Assembly: GCA_026023565.1 (NCBI GenBank) | Contig: JAPETS010000018.1 | Coordinates: 496,001-560,000 of the forward strand | Source of the DNA: Cirrosporium novae-zelandiae | Taxonomy: Eukaryota | DNA: 64,000 nucleotides | Reading direction: 5' to 3' | In this document: positions 14,317-28,325 of the stretch, piece by piece | Layout of the letters: the number at the start of each line of letters is the position of its first letter | Position numbering within the stretch: position 1 is the first letter of the stretch | Translations under genes and position numbers: made by a program | Notes under the pieces: generated by a model | What the model saw: only the letters and a program-made list of their open reading frames with translations | The model's database searches: none | What the model was told of the DNA's origin: nothing

Positions 14317-16317
14317 ATGCCTAAGAAGCGTGCTCAAGAAGAGCCAGCAGGTCAGCCGCGTCTCGAGTTTCTAGTTACATCCAATCCTGTTGCAACAAAA
14401 GATGCAACGACAAGAGCCGCTCGCTCTCATGTTAAATCCGAGTATTTCCGTCGCAAGCGATTAAGAGATATCCAAAAGTATACTACTACATTGACATCGG
14501 AAGAAAAGAGTCAAGAGGGATCTTCAAACCCGCCTACCTCTGCCGTGGGTTTAGCTAGTTCAAGCGGTTCATTTCAACAGGACGTTGATGAACAAACCCC
14601 TGAAACAGTGCAACGGCATGGGAAAGGAATATCGGGCCGGACCGAAGAGTGTCCTCTCTCATTAGTTGGTGAGGGACAGTGTTATTATAATGGAAAACAT
14701 ATGATCAAGAAAGGTATAACTCGTTAGTTAAAAGACTTTGACCCCAGTCCCACACTTCCATGCCCTACCTGATTTGGAATATGTATGTCTTGGCAACGTT
14801 TGCTGACAACTCCATCCGCAGTTGGATCTAATGCCGCCATTCAGAATTCCTTAGTGATACCAATACGCCTATCAAGTGGACAGCCTGCCCCGATCCCTCG
14901 TAGTGTTTGGTTACCTTTGCTATTTCCCAATGCCAATGATGTATACGTTGACTGTACGTGAACAATTATTCACCGAATCATAAAAATAAAATCTCCATCC
15001 AACGTCATAGACTGTAGATGTTCGCTGACATGAAGGACATGGTTCCCCAGATTATTTCTTTGAGCTAGACCAACTACAAGCGCACAGCCAACCAGTATCG
15101 GAAGAATGGCATAATCAATTCGGGAGTTGGTTTAGCGCGACATATGCCTGTGAACCCTTGTTCCACGCATCTGCTGCTGATACGGCCGCGAATCTATCAG
15201 GGTTGAATGGCACCGGGGTATCTGCTCAATCTCTCATGAGCAGAGGTGAAGCTATTCGAACAACTAATTTAGCATTGGATGATCCTCAAACGCAAACTGC
15301 CGACGAGACCATTGCGGCGGTCATTGGGCTGGCGCATTTTGAGGTAAAAAAAAACTACACTCTGCTGAATAAATCACTGATGTCAGGTTTGTTCTAGTTC
15401 ATCACCGGTGACACTCAAGCTTTCATTCACCATGTCAATGGGCTGAAGCAGATGATAAACATGAGGGGAGGGCTAGAGCAAGTAACAGGATTCAACGGGT
15501 TCCTAGCACAAGCAACAGAGGAGTTCGTTTTTTTTCCACCCCTCAACCAACCAACCACCAAATCCACAACCACTAACACTAACCCACCCCCCACCCCCCC
15601 AGATACGACCGCCTCCTCGCGCTCCTCTGCCCCACAAGTCCGATTCTCCTCCCCTCCTCCAAAAGAACCTGTCCCTCAACCGCCTTCCCCACCCAACACG
15701 CCCTCTGGGACCTCTCCCAATCAACCCGAACCACCTTCGAACCAACCGTGGACCGCATGCTAACCTGCATGTACAACACCTTCAAAGAATGGCACGCCTT
15801 ATCCAACGAATCCAACGAAACATCCACCGACGACGACGAACAAACCCGCGGAACTTACTTCGCAACCAGCTGCCACCATCTCTACACCTCCCTGGTCTCC
15901 ATAACCGTTGAAGACGACCCCACCCCCGCCGCAACCCAAACCCCCTGGACACCCCTCCGCTTCGGAATCGAAGCCTGCCGCCTCACAGGTCTAATCTTCG
16001 CCGCCCGGGGTATCCAATCCTCCTGCCCCCATTCAACCCCAACCCCTCTCCCCTTCCACCCAATCCGCACCCTCCAATCGCACCTCAAAAACTCAAAAAT
16101 AACCTCCTTCTGGGGCCTCTATCCGGGTGCGGTACTCTGGTGCTTGTTGGTAGGAAGCTCGGAGGAGGAACCGAGTTTCGCGAGAGATTGGTTTAGGGTT
16201 CAGGTGACGAGGACGTTGATGGCGGGGGGGATTTGGTGGAGTCATACGAGGAGGTCGTTGGAGGTTTTTGTTTGGTTGGTTCGGTGTGTAGGGGCGGGAA
16301 GGGTGGTGGGTTGTTAG
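14317..16317 (+). CDS. Fungal-specific transcription-factor-like protein lacking a recognisable Zn2Cys6 cluster (multi-exon)
   Basis: N-terminal FLVTSNP...RAARSHV motif. Middle region EAIRTTNLALDDP...DETIAAVIGLAHFE...HHVNGLKQMINMRGGL, then LWCLLVG. The middle exon boundaries are uncertain. Confidence 0.7.
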
Positions 16318-16985
16318 AGGGGGGGGTATGTAAAGAAAAGTAAGGTGAGGAAAGGTCCAAACCCCAAAACAAACTCTACGTATAAAAACTACCAGGCTAT
16401 AACATTTCCACCCCAGCGGCATCTTGAGATTTGATTGCTATTGCTTGATCGAGGGGGTTTTGGGGAGGGAGGTGAGCTTTTAACATAGTTTACGATTCTA
16501 TATATAATGATATGATATAACATTTACAATTTCTGATACATAGATATCCCATATCTCCCCGTCTAAAACCTGGTTCCATGTGTGTGTGTGTTTGTAATAA
16601 ATAATATCATTGGTTATTGATTGGTTAATTGATTGATTGATTGGTTGGTTATTTCAATTTAATGATGATAATTTTGGGGTATTTGTCTTAATTTTTTGTT
16701 TTTTTTTTCTGAATGGGTATTGAAGGAATAATAATAAAAAATAAAATAGGAAATGGAAATGGAGAAGGAAAAAGGAAATCCCAATACCCTACAAACTCAT
16801 TCTAGAAGCAGATGATGAGTAAGGGGATCAAGCGTCTGAGGGGTTAACTAATTACTCGAATAGAGGAGGTCGGTCTCTCGACCCCCCCTTCGGTTCCCTT
16901 GTTGAGTTTTCGTGAAGACGGTTGGACTGAGTCTGTATCGTTCCATCGCCCTCCCAATCACTCACCCATTCACTCACCCACTCAC

Positions 16986-18773
16986 TCACTCCTCCCGATA
17001 AAACCCCCCCGTCCGCTCCTTCGCCCCCTCCAAACACCCCTCCACCACCCCCCTCTCCCTCGGCACCAATTTCACCTTAAACTCCCTCGGAATCGCCACC
17101 AACGCCGTCTTGAACTGATTATACTCGACATAATCCGTATTGGGGGGTTCCTTCTCACTAGCCACGATTTTATAAGACGATAAAATTCGTATCAAGGCGG
17201 TGTAGAGGAGGCGGGAGGCGATGTATTGGCCGGAGCAGGCGCGTGCGCCGGCGCCGAAGGAGAGGTGGCTGAAGCCTTTTTCTTTGGTTTCGGTAAAGGG
17301 GCGGAGAGGGCAGGTGGTGGGGGGGTCGGTGGGGGTGAGGAAACGTTCGGGGTTGAAGGTGTGGGCTGTAGGGCCGAATTTTGTTGCGTCTGTGGTTTGG
17401 GGGGGTGGGATTAGTGGGGGTTATGGGGGGAAGGGAGGGGGAGAGGAAATACCGTGGTTTCCGGCTTGGGCGTTAATTAGGATCATTGTTTTGGCGGGGA
17501 TCTTGGCACCGTTCCAGTTTACTTCTTCGACTGTTTTTCGGGGCAGGCTCATGGCGCTGACGGTGTAGTAGCGAGCGGCTTCCTTGATGATGGCGTTGAC
17601 GTAGGGGACTTTTTCCTCCTGGAAGCTATTCTCCCATGCGTCTTCGATGTTGGGATAGTACTGCTTGATATCCTCGTATGCGCGATCCTGCCATATCTGC
17701 CCCTCCGGTGTCGATAGGGACCCGATGCACGAGGTCAGGGTTCCAGGAATCGTTTCGAAGCCGCCGGATACAAGACTCAGGCAGATGGAGCTGACTTCGA
17801 CGCCGGTTAGTTTTGTTTCTTGGTCTTTCAGGATTGCGGCGGAGATGCATGGCTTGTCGGTGCCTTTCTTAATCATCTCGCGCACCTTGTCAAGGAGGAG
17901 GTTGAGGTACGCGTCGCGTCGATCTCGGAGTTCTTTGGATCGCGCGTTCTTTTCGTTGTTGGGGATGTAGCGGAGAGCTGGGATGTAGTCTTGGTAGTTT
18001 TCCGAGGCGGATCGTAAGAGGGAGATGGCAGAGCCCACGTGCAAGATTTCTCGGAGGAGTGTGTCATAGACTTCGTCCATGCGGATGCCGTAGCAGAGCG
18101 TCAGTGTTGTGTTTAGTGCATATCGCTGGATGTATGGTCGGACGCTGATTTCTAGCTCTCCGCCTTTGCTGTCGCGGTGGAGATCTCGCACGATACAGTA
18201 GCTTTCGAGATCGAGCATGGGATAGTAGTTTCGAAGGGCTGGACGGCCGAGTGCGGTTCCGGCGGCTTTTCGCTTGTTCTTGCAGCTGTCATCCCAAGGT
18301 GAGGAGCCAATGGTGAACCCCTGAGTCGAGGAAATGACACCGTGGAAGGTGTAGAGCTTGGGACGGTCGATCACGGCGGACTGGTGGCCCACGAGCATTT
18401 TACGAATATCGTCGAAGGAGTTCACCACAACGGCCCGGGTGTTTCCCAGGCGGATTTGGAAGACAGACCAGTTGTATTGTTTCCACCATTTTTCGCAGGT
18501 TGTCGCATGGTCTTCACCTAGCTTGAAGAGATGGCCGGCAATGGGGATCGCACCGGGGATTTCAGGGATGCCTTTTATGTAGGGTATGTCGGTGTAGGTG
18601 GCAAACTATCAATTGCTTGTTAATATCATACCATATACGAATTATGAAGAGAGGCAAACCTTGTAGATGGTGTAACCAATGGCTAGAATTGCTAGACCAT
18701 AGATATACTGATGTGGCGTTAGGTTCAGAGGTAGGTTGGACGTAATGTCCATGATTGCATTTGAAGATGCCAT
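16986..18773 (-). CDS. phacB: Cytochrome P450, CYP504B-type (3-hydroxyphenylacetate 6-hydroxylase-like), 3 exons
   Basis: N-terminal membrane anchor, then KGIPEIPG.PIAGHL, DRPKLYTFHGVISSTQGFTIGSSPWDDSCK (CYP504 signature), I-helix SGGFETI, EAAR, PERF and heme motif FSFGAGARACSG. Confidence 0.88.
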
Positions 18774-18913
18774 TTTGGAGTGGAGATGGAGGTGCTATTG
18801 CTTCTTGGTGATACCTAATAAACAATTGGAAAGCGACAAGTATATATAAGTAGCCTAAGAAGCCTGAAAATATTATATTCGGAAATGCACATTCATGAAA
18901 GAACTGAGTGGAT

Positions 18914-19077
18914 CGTCGGCGCGGCCGACGCGCACAACATCAGCAATATCTTTTGAGAGAAAATATCCCAAAGGAAGAATGATTGATTAGCAAATGCCAT
19001 GATGGTGATATCTAATTACAAGCATGGCATCTTTACCCCACAATCCTTGAGACACAACTATCGGATTAGCGTCCGAT
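18914..19077. promoter_or_regulatory. Inverted CGG-triplet palindromes in the divergent P450/RidA promoter (candidate Zn2Cys6 sites)
   Basis: CGTCGGC-gcg-GCCGACG at 18914-18930 and ATCGGA-ttagcg-TCCGAT at 19060-19077. Confidence 0.45.
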
Positions 19078-19287
19078 CCGATAAGGAAGCTTATCGCCGA
19101 GAGGGGTCAAATATCATTGCTGATGAAAGTGGGGTTAAATTTATATTGTAAACAATCAATTTCTGTAGACAATGGAACACGCGTGTCCTTCCCTTGATGC
19201 TATTTTCTTGCAATTCATCTTGATAATTCAGCATACTCATCACCTTACAGAATATAGACTGTTTTAGAAACCACCCTTGCATCTATC

Positions 19288-19783
19288 ATGGCAGCAATCA
19301 CCCCCATCCTATCTTCCAAGGCCTGCGCCTATCCACCTGGGCTCTTTCGTATGCTCTCCTAGGCACCATGATTTTTCATAACAATCACTAATCATGAGAC
19401 ACAGATCATGCGAAAATTTATAATGGTGTCGTCTACACAACCGGTCAAATCGGTGCTGACGTCGAAGGCAAGCTCGTCTCCGAGGATATCGGACTTCAGA
19501 CCGAACAAGTCATCAAAAATCTCGAAGCTATATTGAAAGAGGCGAATAGCGGACTCGACAGGGTCCTCAAGTTTAACATATACATGGTGGATCAGGCTCA
19601 GTATGCCGGGATGAATGAGATGTATAAAAAGGTATGTTTCTCGTTGGTAGGATCTAGGCATTGTGTTAAAAGGGTTTCGCCTAGATGATACCCGACCCGA
19701 AACCTCCGAGAGCATGCGTTTTCATCAAAGGATTACCGGCGGGGGCGAGTGTTGAGATGGAATGCATTGCGGCGCAGAGTTGA
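19288..19783 (+). CDS. RidA/YjgF/YER057c/UK114-family protein (3 exons)
   Basis: Not in the ORF track. Spliced translation MAAITPILSSKACAYPPGLF-HHAKIYNGVVYTTGQIG...QTEQVIKNLEAIL...YAGMNEMYKK-MIPDPKPPRACVFIKGLPAGASVEMECIAAQS. Retains the PxR catalytic Arg and the VE.E motif. Confidence 0.9.
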
Positions 19784-19947
19784 AGGAAACCAGGAATAGA
19801 TGCATATATAAAGAATGTTACTAGTTAATTTGCCAGTCCCTAAGCATAAAATATATTTGGCCAAGCAGAAAGGAGTCTGCTTTTGTACGCCTCTAAATAT
19901 CTCATTCATCCTAAACATTGTATCGAGTCTATGAAATAGCCATAGTA

Positions 19948-22358
19948 TTAAGATTCAAACCTGCCGCCAAGGAAATCTAAAAAGTCGTCACCGAGATCCA
20001 TCTCTGTAGAAGTCCCAAATCCTCCAAGGCCTGCGGCCACAAACTGTGCCGTGACATCACCGAAAGGACTAGTCGTAGGCGGAATTCGAAGGTTCCTAGG
20101 AAGTCCACTTTCGGAAATTCGAGGGGTTGCGTATTGTAGATTCACCACAGAGTTCATGTCTGCAGAAGAATCTTCGCTTCCTCGAACCTGGTGCTGCAAC
20201 TCATCGTATGATGGGTTGCCGGTTGCGAAGGTAGGATAGGAGCTCTGAGTTCCCTCGGAATGCGACGTAACTGGTCTTGCCTGTGGAGGAGTATGAACTT
20301 CTGTGGTTGTAGGTAACATCTTTGGTAGTGATGAAGAAGTTTGTTCGCTATCTGCAAGATTAGAAATTGAATCGCTTCGAGAATTTACATATGCTTGCAA
20401 ACGCTGCAGAACATCCCAAACAATGTCTCTGCACTTCAATGCCGAGGGGAATTTATTTCCGAATACTTTTAGTAAATCAGCCGCGACCTCCAAGTCTGCA
20501 AGTGCATCAGAGTGTTGCAGGTATGTAGAGAGAGCCTCTGGTTGAGCGGTGATGGAGTATATCAAGGTTAGTGTAGACGTAAAGACTGTAAAGAGATTGA
20601 GCCAATTAAAAGAGAAGCAGCGTTGCCAATACATTGCTTCAACTTGACGAATAGCTTTGGATGATGCATCAGCTATTAGCGTTACCTTCTCAACGGTCAA
20701 AACAGGACAGAGTGGTGATGGTCTATAGAGCATGAGGACATGAATATAATAATTGAGATCAAACCAATTGGTGGTTAGATGAGGGACCCCTAAACTCCGG
20801 GACTGCGGCAAAGGAAATGGCATGTTTCGTCTCCAATCAATGAGCTTTTCATGAATTCCTTTGAGAATAATATCTCGTTCGGTAGGGCTCGTCGAGCGAC
20901 TCCTGTTTGAGTAGACTCGTTCAAAAATTTCCCCTGCTATTTTTCGTAGAGCCAATATGTGCAAAGGCACCGCCATTGTGGAAACTTTCAAAGATTGTTG
21001 GGGTAACACAATGTCCGGAAGAATGTTTTCATCGTCGACATCAGAGAATGGTTCAATCTCAATATCCTCATCCCGTATCCCTAGTGGACGACCAAGAGAC
21101 AGTGATACTACTCGGTCCATCATATATAGACTGAAAAAAAGACGCTTCCTATACTCCTGCACATCAACTGGAAGCTCTCGGACAGGATTTGTATGTAGGC
21201 CGACACCAGTAGCAATTCGTAAAGCTACTCCCACAAGATACCAAGTATTTGGTCCGACTTTATTAAAAAAAGAATAAGATACTTGAAGCAATATGGCGTC
21301 TAAAGCTGCCATATTCCCATAAGATATGGCACCATCAAAGTACAGCATCGCTCTGTCAAAATAATAGACTGGTTCGGCTTCCTCGAGTAACATGATCGAT
21401 GAAAAGCTTGTAGAGCCTATTGCAAACACCATCCACATTGTAAAAAGCCAAGAGTGGGACTGTAGTGTAGGATCATCCGGGTGAGAGTACATCATTTTGA
21501 GATATTTCATAAACCATACTTTCCGTACAAATGGATATAGAGTGTGACTGTGGGTCCAATAGTAGTCCGCAAGACGAAATGCCTGCTCCTCGCTGGGAAG
21601 ACAGGAAGGATATCGCAGGGACGATGCCGATGAAGGGGCTTTTCTCAAGTCAGCAACAGGAGTTTGTTCGGATCCTGTCGGTTGTTGATACAAATGATTA
21701 GATGGCGTACTACTCGAGGAAAGCTCAAATCCAAAGGGATATTGATCTGGCTTAAGACGTCTTAAAACGGCCTGTGTTAGACGCGCAAAGGAAACCCCAG
21801 ATGAAGAGCCTAGGTATCTCTCTGCAGTTGCTTCCAGTGAAAGCAACTGTAATTCAGAGGCGAGTGAGGTCCTAGTCTCTTTATTTCCCGCAGTGCCCTC
21901 TTGCTGAGAGCTTGGAGCAGGGGACAAGGAGGACGTTGGGGTGGTCTGTTGATTCCAAGTGGTCCTTTCATCGGGCCATATTATGGGAATTCCAGCCACC
22001 TGAGGTGTAGGAGGAGTGTTTTGATAGTTGCTGACCTCTTTCACGGTATTACCATCAGAGCTGACGCTCGAAGCTTTTAGCTGCTCAGTTAGAAGTCGAG
22101 TCAATTCTTTAACTCTACGCTCAAGACCGTGCACATAGCTGAGGGACATTAGTATTTGGAAAACTAGGATATAAAAGACCACATAACCTACGAAATGTTA
22201 TAGACGGCCGTTTCTTCTCTTTTATCCTCCAAACTGCAGTAGACGGAAGCCTTTTGACAGGCGGAACATCGTGGAAGTAATCTATCGCACTTCTTCTTTC
22301 GAGTGTAGCAACGTCTGCAAGCTTGATTGGAGCGGCTCGGCAGGCTCGGAGTAGCCAT
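19948..22358 (-). CDS. Zn(II)2Cys6 transcription factor with fungal-specific TF domain (2 exons)
   Basis: Exon 1, not in the ORF track, reads MATPSLPSRSNQACRRCYTRKKKCDRLLPRCSACQKASVYC. Exon 2 has RYLGSSSG, WYLVGVALRIATGVGLH and RKRLFFSLYMMDRVVSLSLGRP. Confidence 0.93.
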
Positions 22359-22755
22359 AATGTATACGTAAATATGATAGTATACACATTATCTTCGAGT
22401 ACTTTGACAAGAAAGAGTGGTATATAAAGACGGTGAGGATCTCAAACACTAGAAATTTTATGAGGTTGAGCAAGGAGGGCGGAACAGAATGGACCTATCA
22501 CGTATTATAATTTTATAGTTTTGTCAGCCATGAGTCTCGATGTTATCTTTCCGTAATCGAAATCCTTATCGTTATCAAGATCCACAGGGTTTAGTTAGCT
22601 TGGTCACGAGCGTTCGTGCCCTAGCGTGCATGAGATAAGTGACGTAAACTGGATGATACATCACTCCAAGAAAATATTGTAACTACAAAGCAGATTCTTT
22701 TTCAAACTTCAAATCCCTATCCATAAGGAAGAGTCACCTTCCCGATAAGCACAAG

Positions 22756-22797
22756 CTCTTCCTCTTCCTCTTCCTCTTCCTCTTCCTCTTCCTCTTC
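22756..22797. repeat. (CTCTTC)7 microsatellite
   Basis: Direct reading of the sequence. Confidence 0.9.
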
Positions 22798-22859
22798 TAA
22801 ATCCCTATTATCTCTCCATTCATTATCCCCTATGTATGGTCGCAGTTCGCCACCAAAAT

Positions 22860-25100
22860 ACCGATGATTTTCTAGAACGTTTTGATAATAGGGATCACGA
22901 CTATTCAAACGGCAAGCCTATTTCATATTGAAGAGGGCACCTTTCGGTCTAAACCCAACCAGTCAATTCATCCTGGGTATCACACTCAGGTCAGACTATA
23001 TGATGGCTTTTGTGCAATACATGTTCAGAGTGTGCCAAAACGTCGCTATGGGGTAGGACAGAATCGCTAGAGTAATCCAGTTCGGAGCTCTTGGAAAGCT
23101 TTATCACTTGCGGTAGATAGACCAAAGACATCTCATAGTTGTATATGTCTTAACTTTAGTAGTTTAATGGCCGAGGGCCGTGCTAGATCAAGTAAAACGA
23201 GTGAGGGCAGTGATGGTTAAGATGCAAACACCTCGAATAGTTGGAAAATCTTGAAGTTATAATCGTTAAGCTGTGGAATGGAGCGCTGAAACTCGCAAGC
23301 TGCTAGATAATTCAAACGCTTTGTTTCAGTCGAATAATGAATTATGGATCATACACTGAATTCATGTCAGAGGGGAGATTTCAAATTTCGCTTACAGCCT
23401 GCATATCACCAAGACTTTGCATATTAGTATATTTATCATCTCGTAGCAATCATCATATAGGGTTGGTGTAAGGCATCATGAACAAAGAGGGACAATGGCC
23501 TAGCTTTAGGGGCGAGTTCTCATCCCCATAGCTACTGAGTATACCAAGCCGGAAGGACATTTCCCGACGATCCGGAGCTTCTGTAGAACGGAAAGAGTGA
23601 ATATCCGTTCCGAATACCTCTCCCACATTGAGCTCGCTGCAAATACTTGGAGCTCTAATGACTTACTGTATGAGCAATACAAATAGATTTCTTAATCCGT
23701 GAAATATTGTTGGCGATAGTAACACCTAGAGGACCCACGCTAATCGATGCACCTCGTAGAATGAAACGGCTCAAGGCAAATTTAGGCCGAGACAGTTGAT
23801 TTACTATGGGCCTAACGTGGCGAGTTTCTAAATGTCTGCTCTAGCCAGGCACAACAAAGATGGTTGCGAAGTTTACAGCAAAGTTATAATTAACAAGCCA
23901 CAACAGATGCTTAGCTACGGTAGACCAGCTGTGGTAATAACTTTATAGCCATCCATCTATAGTGGTAGGAGATTAAGGTAACCTTAATTGCAACCTTAAG
24001 CTACCTGAGCAAATATGCGAAGAATGAAAAAGCAAAGATGACACATTCTAATTTATTCAGCCACACGAAAAGAATTAGGTTGAATCGGAAATTATATCTT
24101 CTGGGAGGATTAAAGTCCACGAGAAGTTGACAAAGAATTGAAATCAATTAAGCGAAAGAAAAATTCAAAGTGCGCCTATCGAGCTAATCGGTTAGTATAG
24201 GGCCAGGACTTAGTTTATGAAGTATAATGATCTCTATCAAGATTCCAGATTCAAGAGATGGGGAAGACGTCCCACGAACTGATCCAAAGATATTGTTTAT
24301 AGTAGATCAACTCTGTCAATTTCTTCAAAGAGATTTCTAGTCTGCTCTGGCAAGAGCTCTAGAAGTTACCAAAGCATAACTATTTGGACAATATCATGTA
24401 GAATCAAGGCCTAGACAGCGCTCCGAGAGGTTTGAGATGAAATGGCTAAAGTTTATAAATCCATATGAAGCCACATCTACTGGTTCTTTCCGTCCCAGCA
24501 CGTTTTAGACCCAGATCTAACGACGAAGGTTGCATAGATGAGTATATATACGATTAGGTACCGCCGTAGCGCATCCGCAACCGATAGACGCTAAAAATAT
24601 TAGTAAGTCGGCAAAAATACTGTCGGGTATATTCAGCCTCTATCACACCAAGGAAGTGCAGCTTCATAACCTTTCAACGCAAAAGGTTCTAGCAATTTGT
24701 TTGGAAGGTACTTCAAGAAAGTATTTCTTTAGTAGACTTCATGCTGCTTAGGAAGCTTTTGATAAAAGTATAAGGAGCATTATCCCACAAACCAAACCAT
24801 GCCTAATATGATACCATTTACAGACTCAGCAGAATAACCGGTATACAGACAATTAGGCGCTAATACTGGACAGCATTTCCTATAAAATATATGGACTGAT
24901 TGTTTGGCACGTTCCAGGGAAATGAATCCTATACAAGGCTAAGGTATTCAGACGAATAGTGGCAAATGACATTAATGGGTTTATAACCAGGAAAGGAACC
25001 AAGGACAATCAGGTCAGTAAGTTTGGACGAAACCACTTGGGTATTCCTGACAATACTCCTTATAAGGTTACCTCCGAAAGAAACGGAAGAATTAAGGAGC
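22860..25100 (+). pseudogene. Possible decayed coding relic of unknown family
   Basis: Complex, non-microsatellite sequence with no long ORF. One + frame near 24240-24510 reads IPDSRDGEDVPRTDPKILFIVDQLCQFLQRDF*SALARALEVTKA*LFGQYHVESRP. Confidence 0.25.
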
Positions 25101-25740
25101 GTGAAAATACCTAATCTAAGCTTCGCTTAACAGAGTTTGCTACTGTGGGCTCGTTTATCGAGTCGGCACTGGTGGGGCTAGCAAGCCGGCCACGCTAGAT
25201 AGGATCATAATCCTTATTTCAGGGATAACCACCGTTGTTTCTTGGGTTCCTGAAAAAACCGCAAAAGGAAAAATTATGGGTTCATGATGAGAACAGTGCT
25301 CCAAAGAGTCATGTGTCGAATGTCATAAATACCAGGTTAAGTTCGACTCCCAAGAGCGCTAGTCATTGGTCACACTGGTGCCAGCGCTGTTCGTGTACGA
25401 TAGTACAAGCGCCGATTGATTGTAACTAATACTGATTTGGTTATATGATGACGAATTAAGACTGTGACATTTGCTATACTTTAAATTTGTAAGGACTGGG
25501 TGGCGGACGGTAAGGAAAATGCGAGTGCAGAAAATGTAATGTCAAAAGAAAGGTAGTGCGCTTCATGAGCCATGGCGATATGTATGTCGCCGACATTGTG
25601 GTATATTATATAAAAGAACCAGCCACAGTTTCGCAGAAGGTGATCGTCATCGTTTAGTATCTTAGTACCCTAAAGCTGCGGTAGGTATATCGCCAGCTAG
25701 CTTAGGATATACTAAATAAGGAAACCATTGTTGGATGCTC

Positions 25741-27278
25741 CTATATCGGCCTCCCATATCGGGTTTCGTGGTCATGGTCACTATGCGCTCCACTTATTTC
25801 TTCCTCCCTAATCGTCGTACTGCTTTTGGCATCTCCGCTGCCACCTCGAATAATCCTCTCCTGGCTCTCATTTTTTGTCTCGTTCAGAATGCTCTCCCCG
25901 GGATGTGGATAGCTTCTACTCCCCTTCTTCCTACCCATGTTTTCCAACATGTAACCTTTGCCTCCACTGGATGGCCCCTTTCCCAATTCCTCCATGCCGG
26001 AGGAATACTTTTTGGAGGTGAATATTGTCTTGAAGAAAGGAAGAACACGGAGAGAGGAGAGGGAGCCAGCGATGAGACCAAGATTGAATTCAACGTCCAT
26101 CCAAATTAGGGAGGAGGCAGATGTATCTATGGTGGATTAGGTATGAATTTGCAAAGAAGGGCTTGAACTCACAGGTCACATCGGTACCGCCATCTTTAAG
26201 GTATGTAAGCGTGCTGAAACGGATGATACCAGCCAAAATTGCTATGATGCCTGAACCGAACATGGTCATAACCGCAAGTTGTTTTTTCAAGGGCATATTG
26301 AGTTTCCAAATGATAGGGATCGGTATTATGAGGATAACAATGTCGGTGATGAACATGGTAACTGCTTGAAACATAGTTATAGAAAAGAGAGTGTGGGTCG
26401 ACATGCACTTTGCGTCGAGGATAGTCTTGTCGTAGGCAGCTCTATAATTATTCTTAAGCCAATTGATTGAGATTCGAGCATGGAGCGAGTATTTACCTAA
26501 CAGGACTACATTGAAATGCCAAAACTAGGCAGCCAGACAATGTAAACAAAGCAAGAAAAATAAGGATACCAGAAGTGGCCAATTTGAGAGAGCCTGCAAA
26601 TTATTAAAACCAGTTTTGTTGGATTAGAAGTCTAGATCGTGACATACGCTGAGGAAATATTCGCCGTAAGAATACCAGCAAACTGGCCTTGACCATGAAG
26701 GCGACAAAGACATAGCTACACTCTGCCGCATAATATATCTATAGCCTGCGTTAATACAAACTCTGTATTCATGTAGGATGGTAAACACTGCCGTAAGAAC
26801 TGAGACGAACCTTAAGCCAGCCCACTAATTCCTCCGCTGTTACATGCTCTATATGGAGTCCAGCGCCATAGAAGGTGATAATGATACCAAGAGCGGAAAA
26901 TCCCATACATAACAACTGGAAATAGACATTAACTTGGATTGGTTCTCCATAAGCAGGTTTGGATGCTTCTATAACGTAAAAATCAACATACCAGAGCAGC
27001 TAAAACCAACCAATCATCCAAACCCCACATCTTGATGACAAATTTCCGAATGTATAACTGTATTTGCTAAGTCAGTGTTATGGTGTTTGGTGATAGGCAT
27101 GGCATAGAAAATGCCAACCATTTGGAAGGGCGGGGTATCTGCTTACCCTGGAAGCACATATTATAAAAGAAAAAGCGGCAATGAGGGGAATGATAACTCT
27201 GCAGACTGTAACCATGTGAGTATCTATCTTCTCTCCCCGTAAGGAGAGAGATTGAGAGGAGATTGTAGTTGGTTCCAT
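25741..27278 (-). CDS. Pth11-like (fungal rhodopsin-domain) integral membrane protein, multi-exon
   Basis: Exons encode LYIRKFVIKMWGLDDWLVLAA, YGAGLH, TDIVILIIPIPIIWKLNMPLKKQLAVMTMFGSG...GIIRF and W.DVEFNLGLIAGSL. Confidence 0.85.
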
Positions 27279-28325
27279 AATATCTATGGTGACTGGAGTG
27301 AGTGGTGAGTGGTGAGTGGTGATATGCCCTGTCCAAAACCCACCAAGTGAATGTATAGGACAGAATTATAATAAATCTTCAAGCCTTGATGTGAAAAACG
27401 GTGGTCTAGGCATTTATTTTAATAGAAAGTTTCTGTCAAAGTTCTATGGTTGTATGGATGACCTTGTCTTTCCCCGACACAGGGGTTGCTCGTGGCACGT
27501 CCCCTGGTCATCATTTTGAGGAGATGCCTTAGTTGGATGTGATTTTGTTGATCTATCCAAGGCTATATATGGATATCCCCTACTTGACGGTCGTGAAATA
27601 TGCAAATGCAAATGCTTGGGATTAGTAGCACCCATTATCCCTAGGGTTAGGACATGATAAGATTGGATTGATGGGAATGATTCGTCATGTCCTGTTTTTG
27701 TTAGCAAGAGAATTAAGAAGCTAGAATTCAATCTGGTGCGCTAACCAATCTGTAAAAAATAACGGACGTTTAGAGAAGCTTTGGCTGTCATTGGCAGTCG
27801 AACTAGAAAAGCCAGGACGAGTTATTGTGGAAACGGTTGCTTCATCACATTCTAGGAGGATACTTAAAGAAGAGTGTGATAGGGCCGGATCCTGTCCGTG
27901 TCAGGTACCATCTGCACCATCTTATTCACCGTTCAGTAGAGACTTGGAGACTTTGTCGTTAACTAATTTATCCTTCAAGATATGCTCTTTCTAATTTTGG
28001 TTAGACAAGCCACCCGATTCCTTTTAACGTTGGATAGAGGAATATCTTGCCTTGTCGTTGCGGAGAGTTACGGGTACCTTGATAAACTAACAAACTTTGA
28101 CTTCAGCGTCCAATTTCCAAACAACTTCTTAACTTATATGGGAATAGAACTTCCGATGATTCAATTCCGACTCCAAACTTCCCATTTGGAGCAACAATTG
28201 CATCTAACAGAAATGGCTAGTCTGTTGGACCTAGCTGGTCCCCAGCCTCAGCTCCAAGATGTTAATAAATATTCCCCATATCGCTACCCATCTGGGCCTC
28301 TCCGGTTAACTTCTTGATTGTGAAT

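Noticed and set aside
22717..22908. Poly-Glu ORF
   Set aside because: Translation of the (CTCTTC)n repeat with no other coding support.
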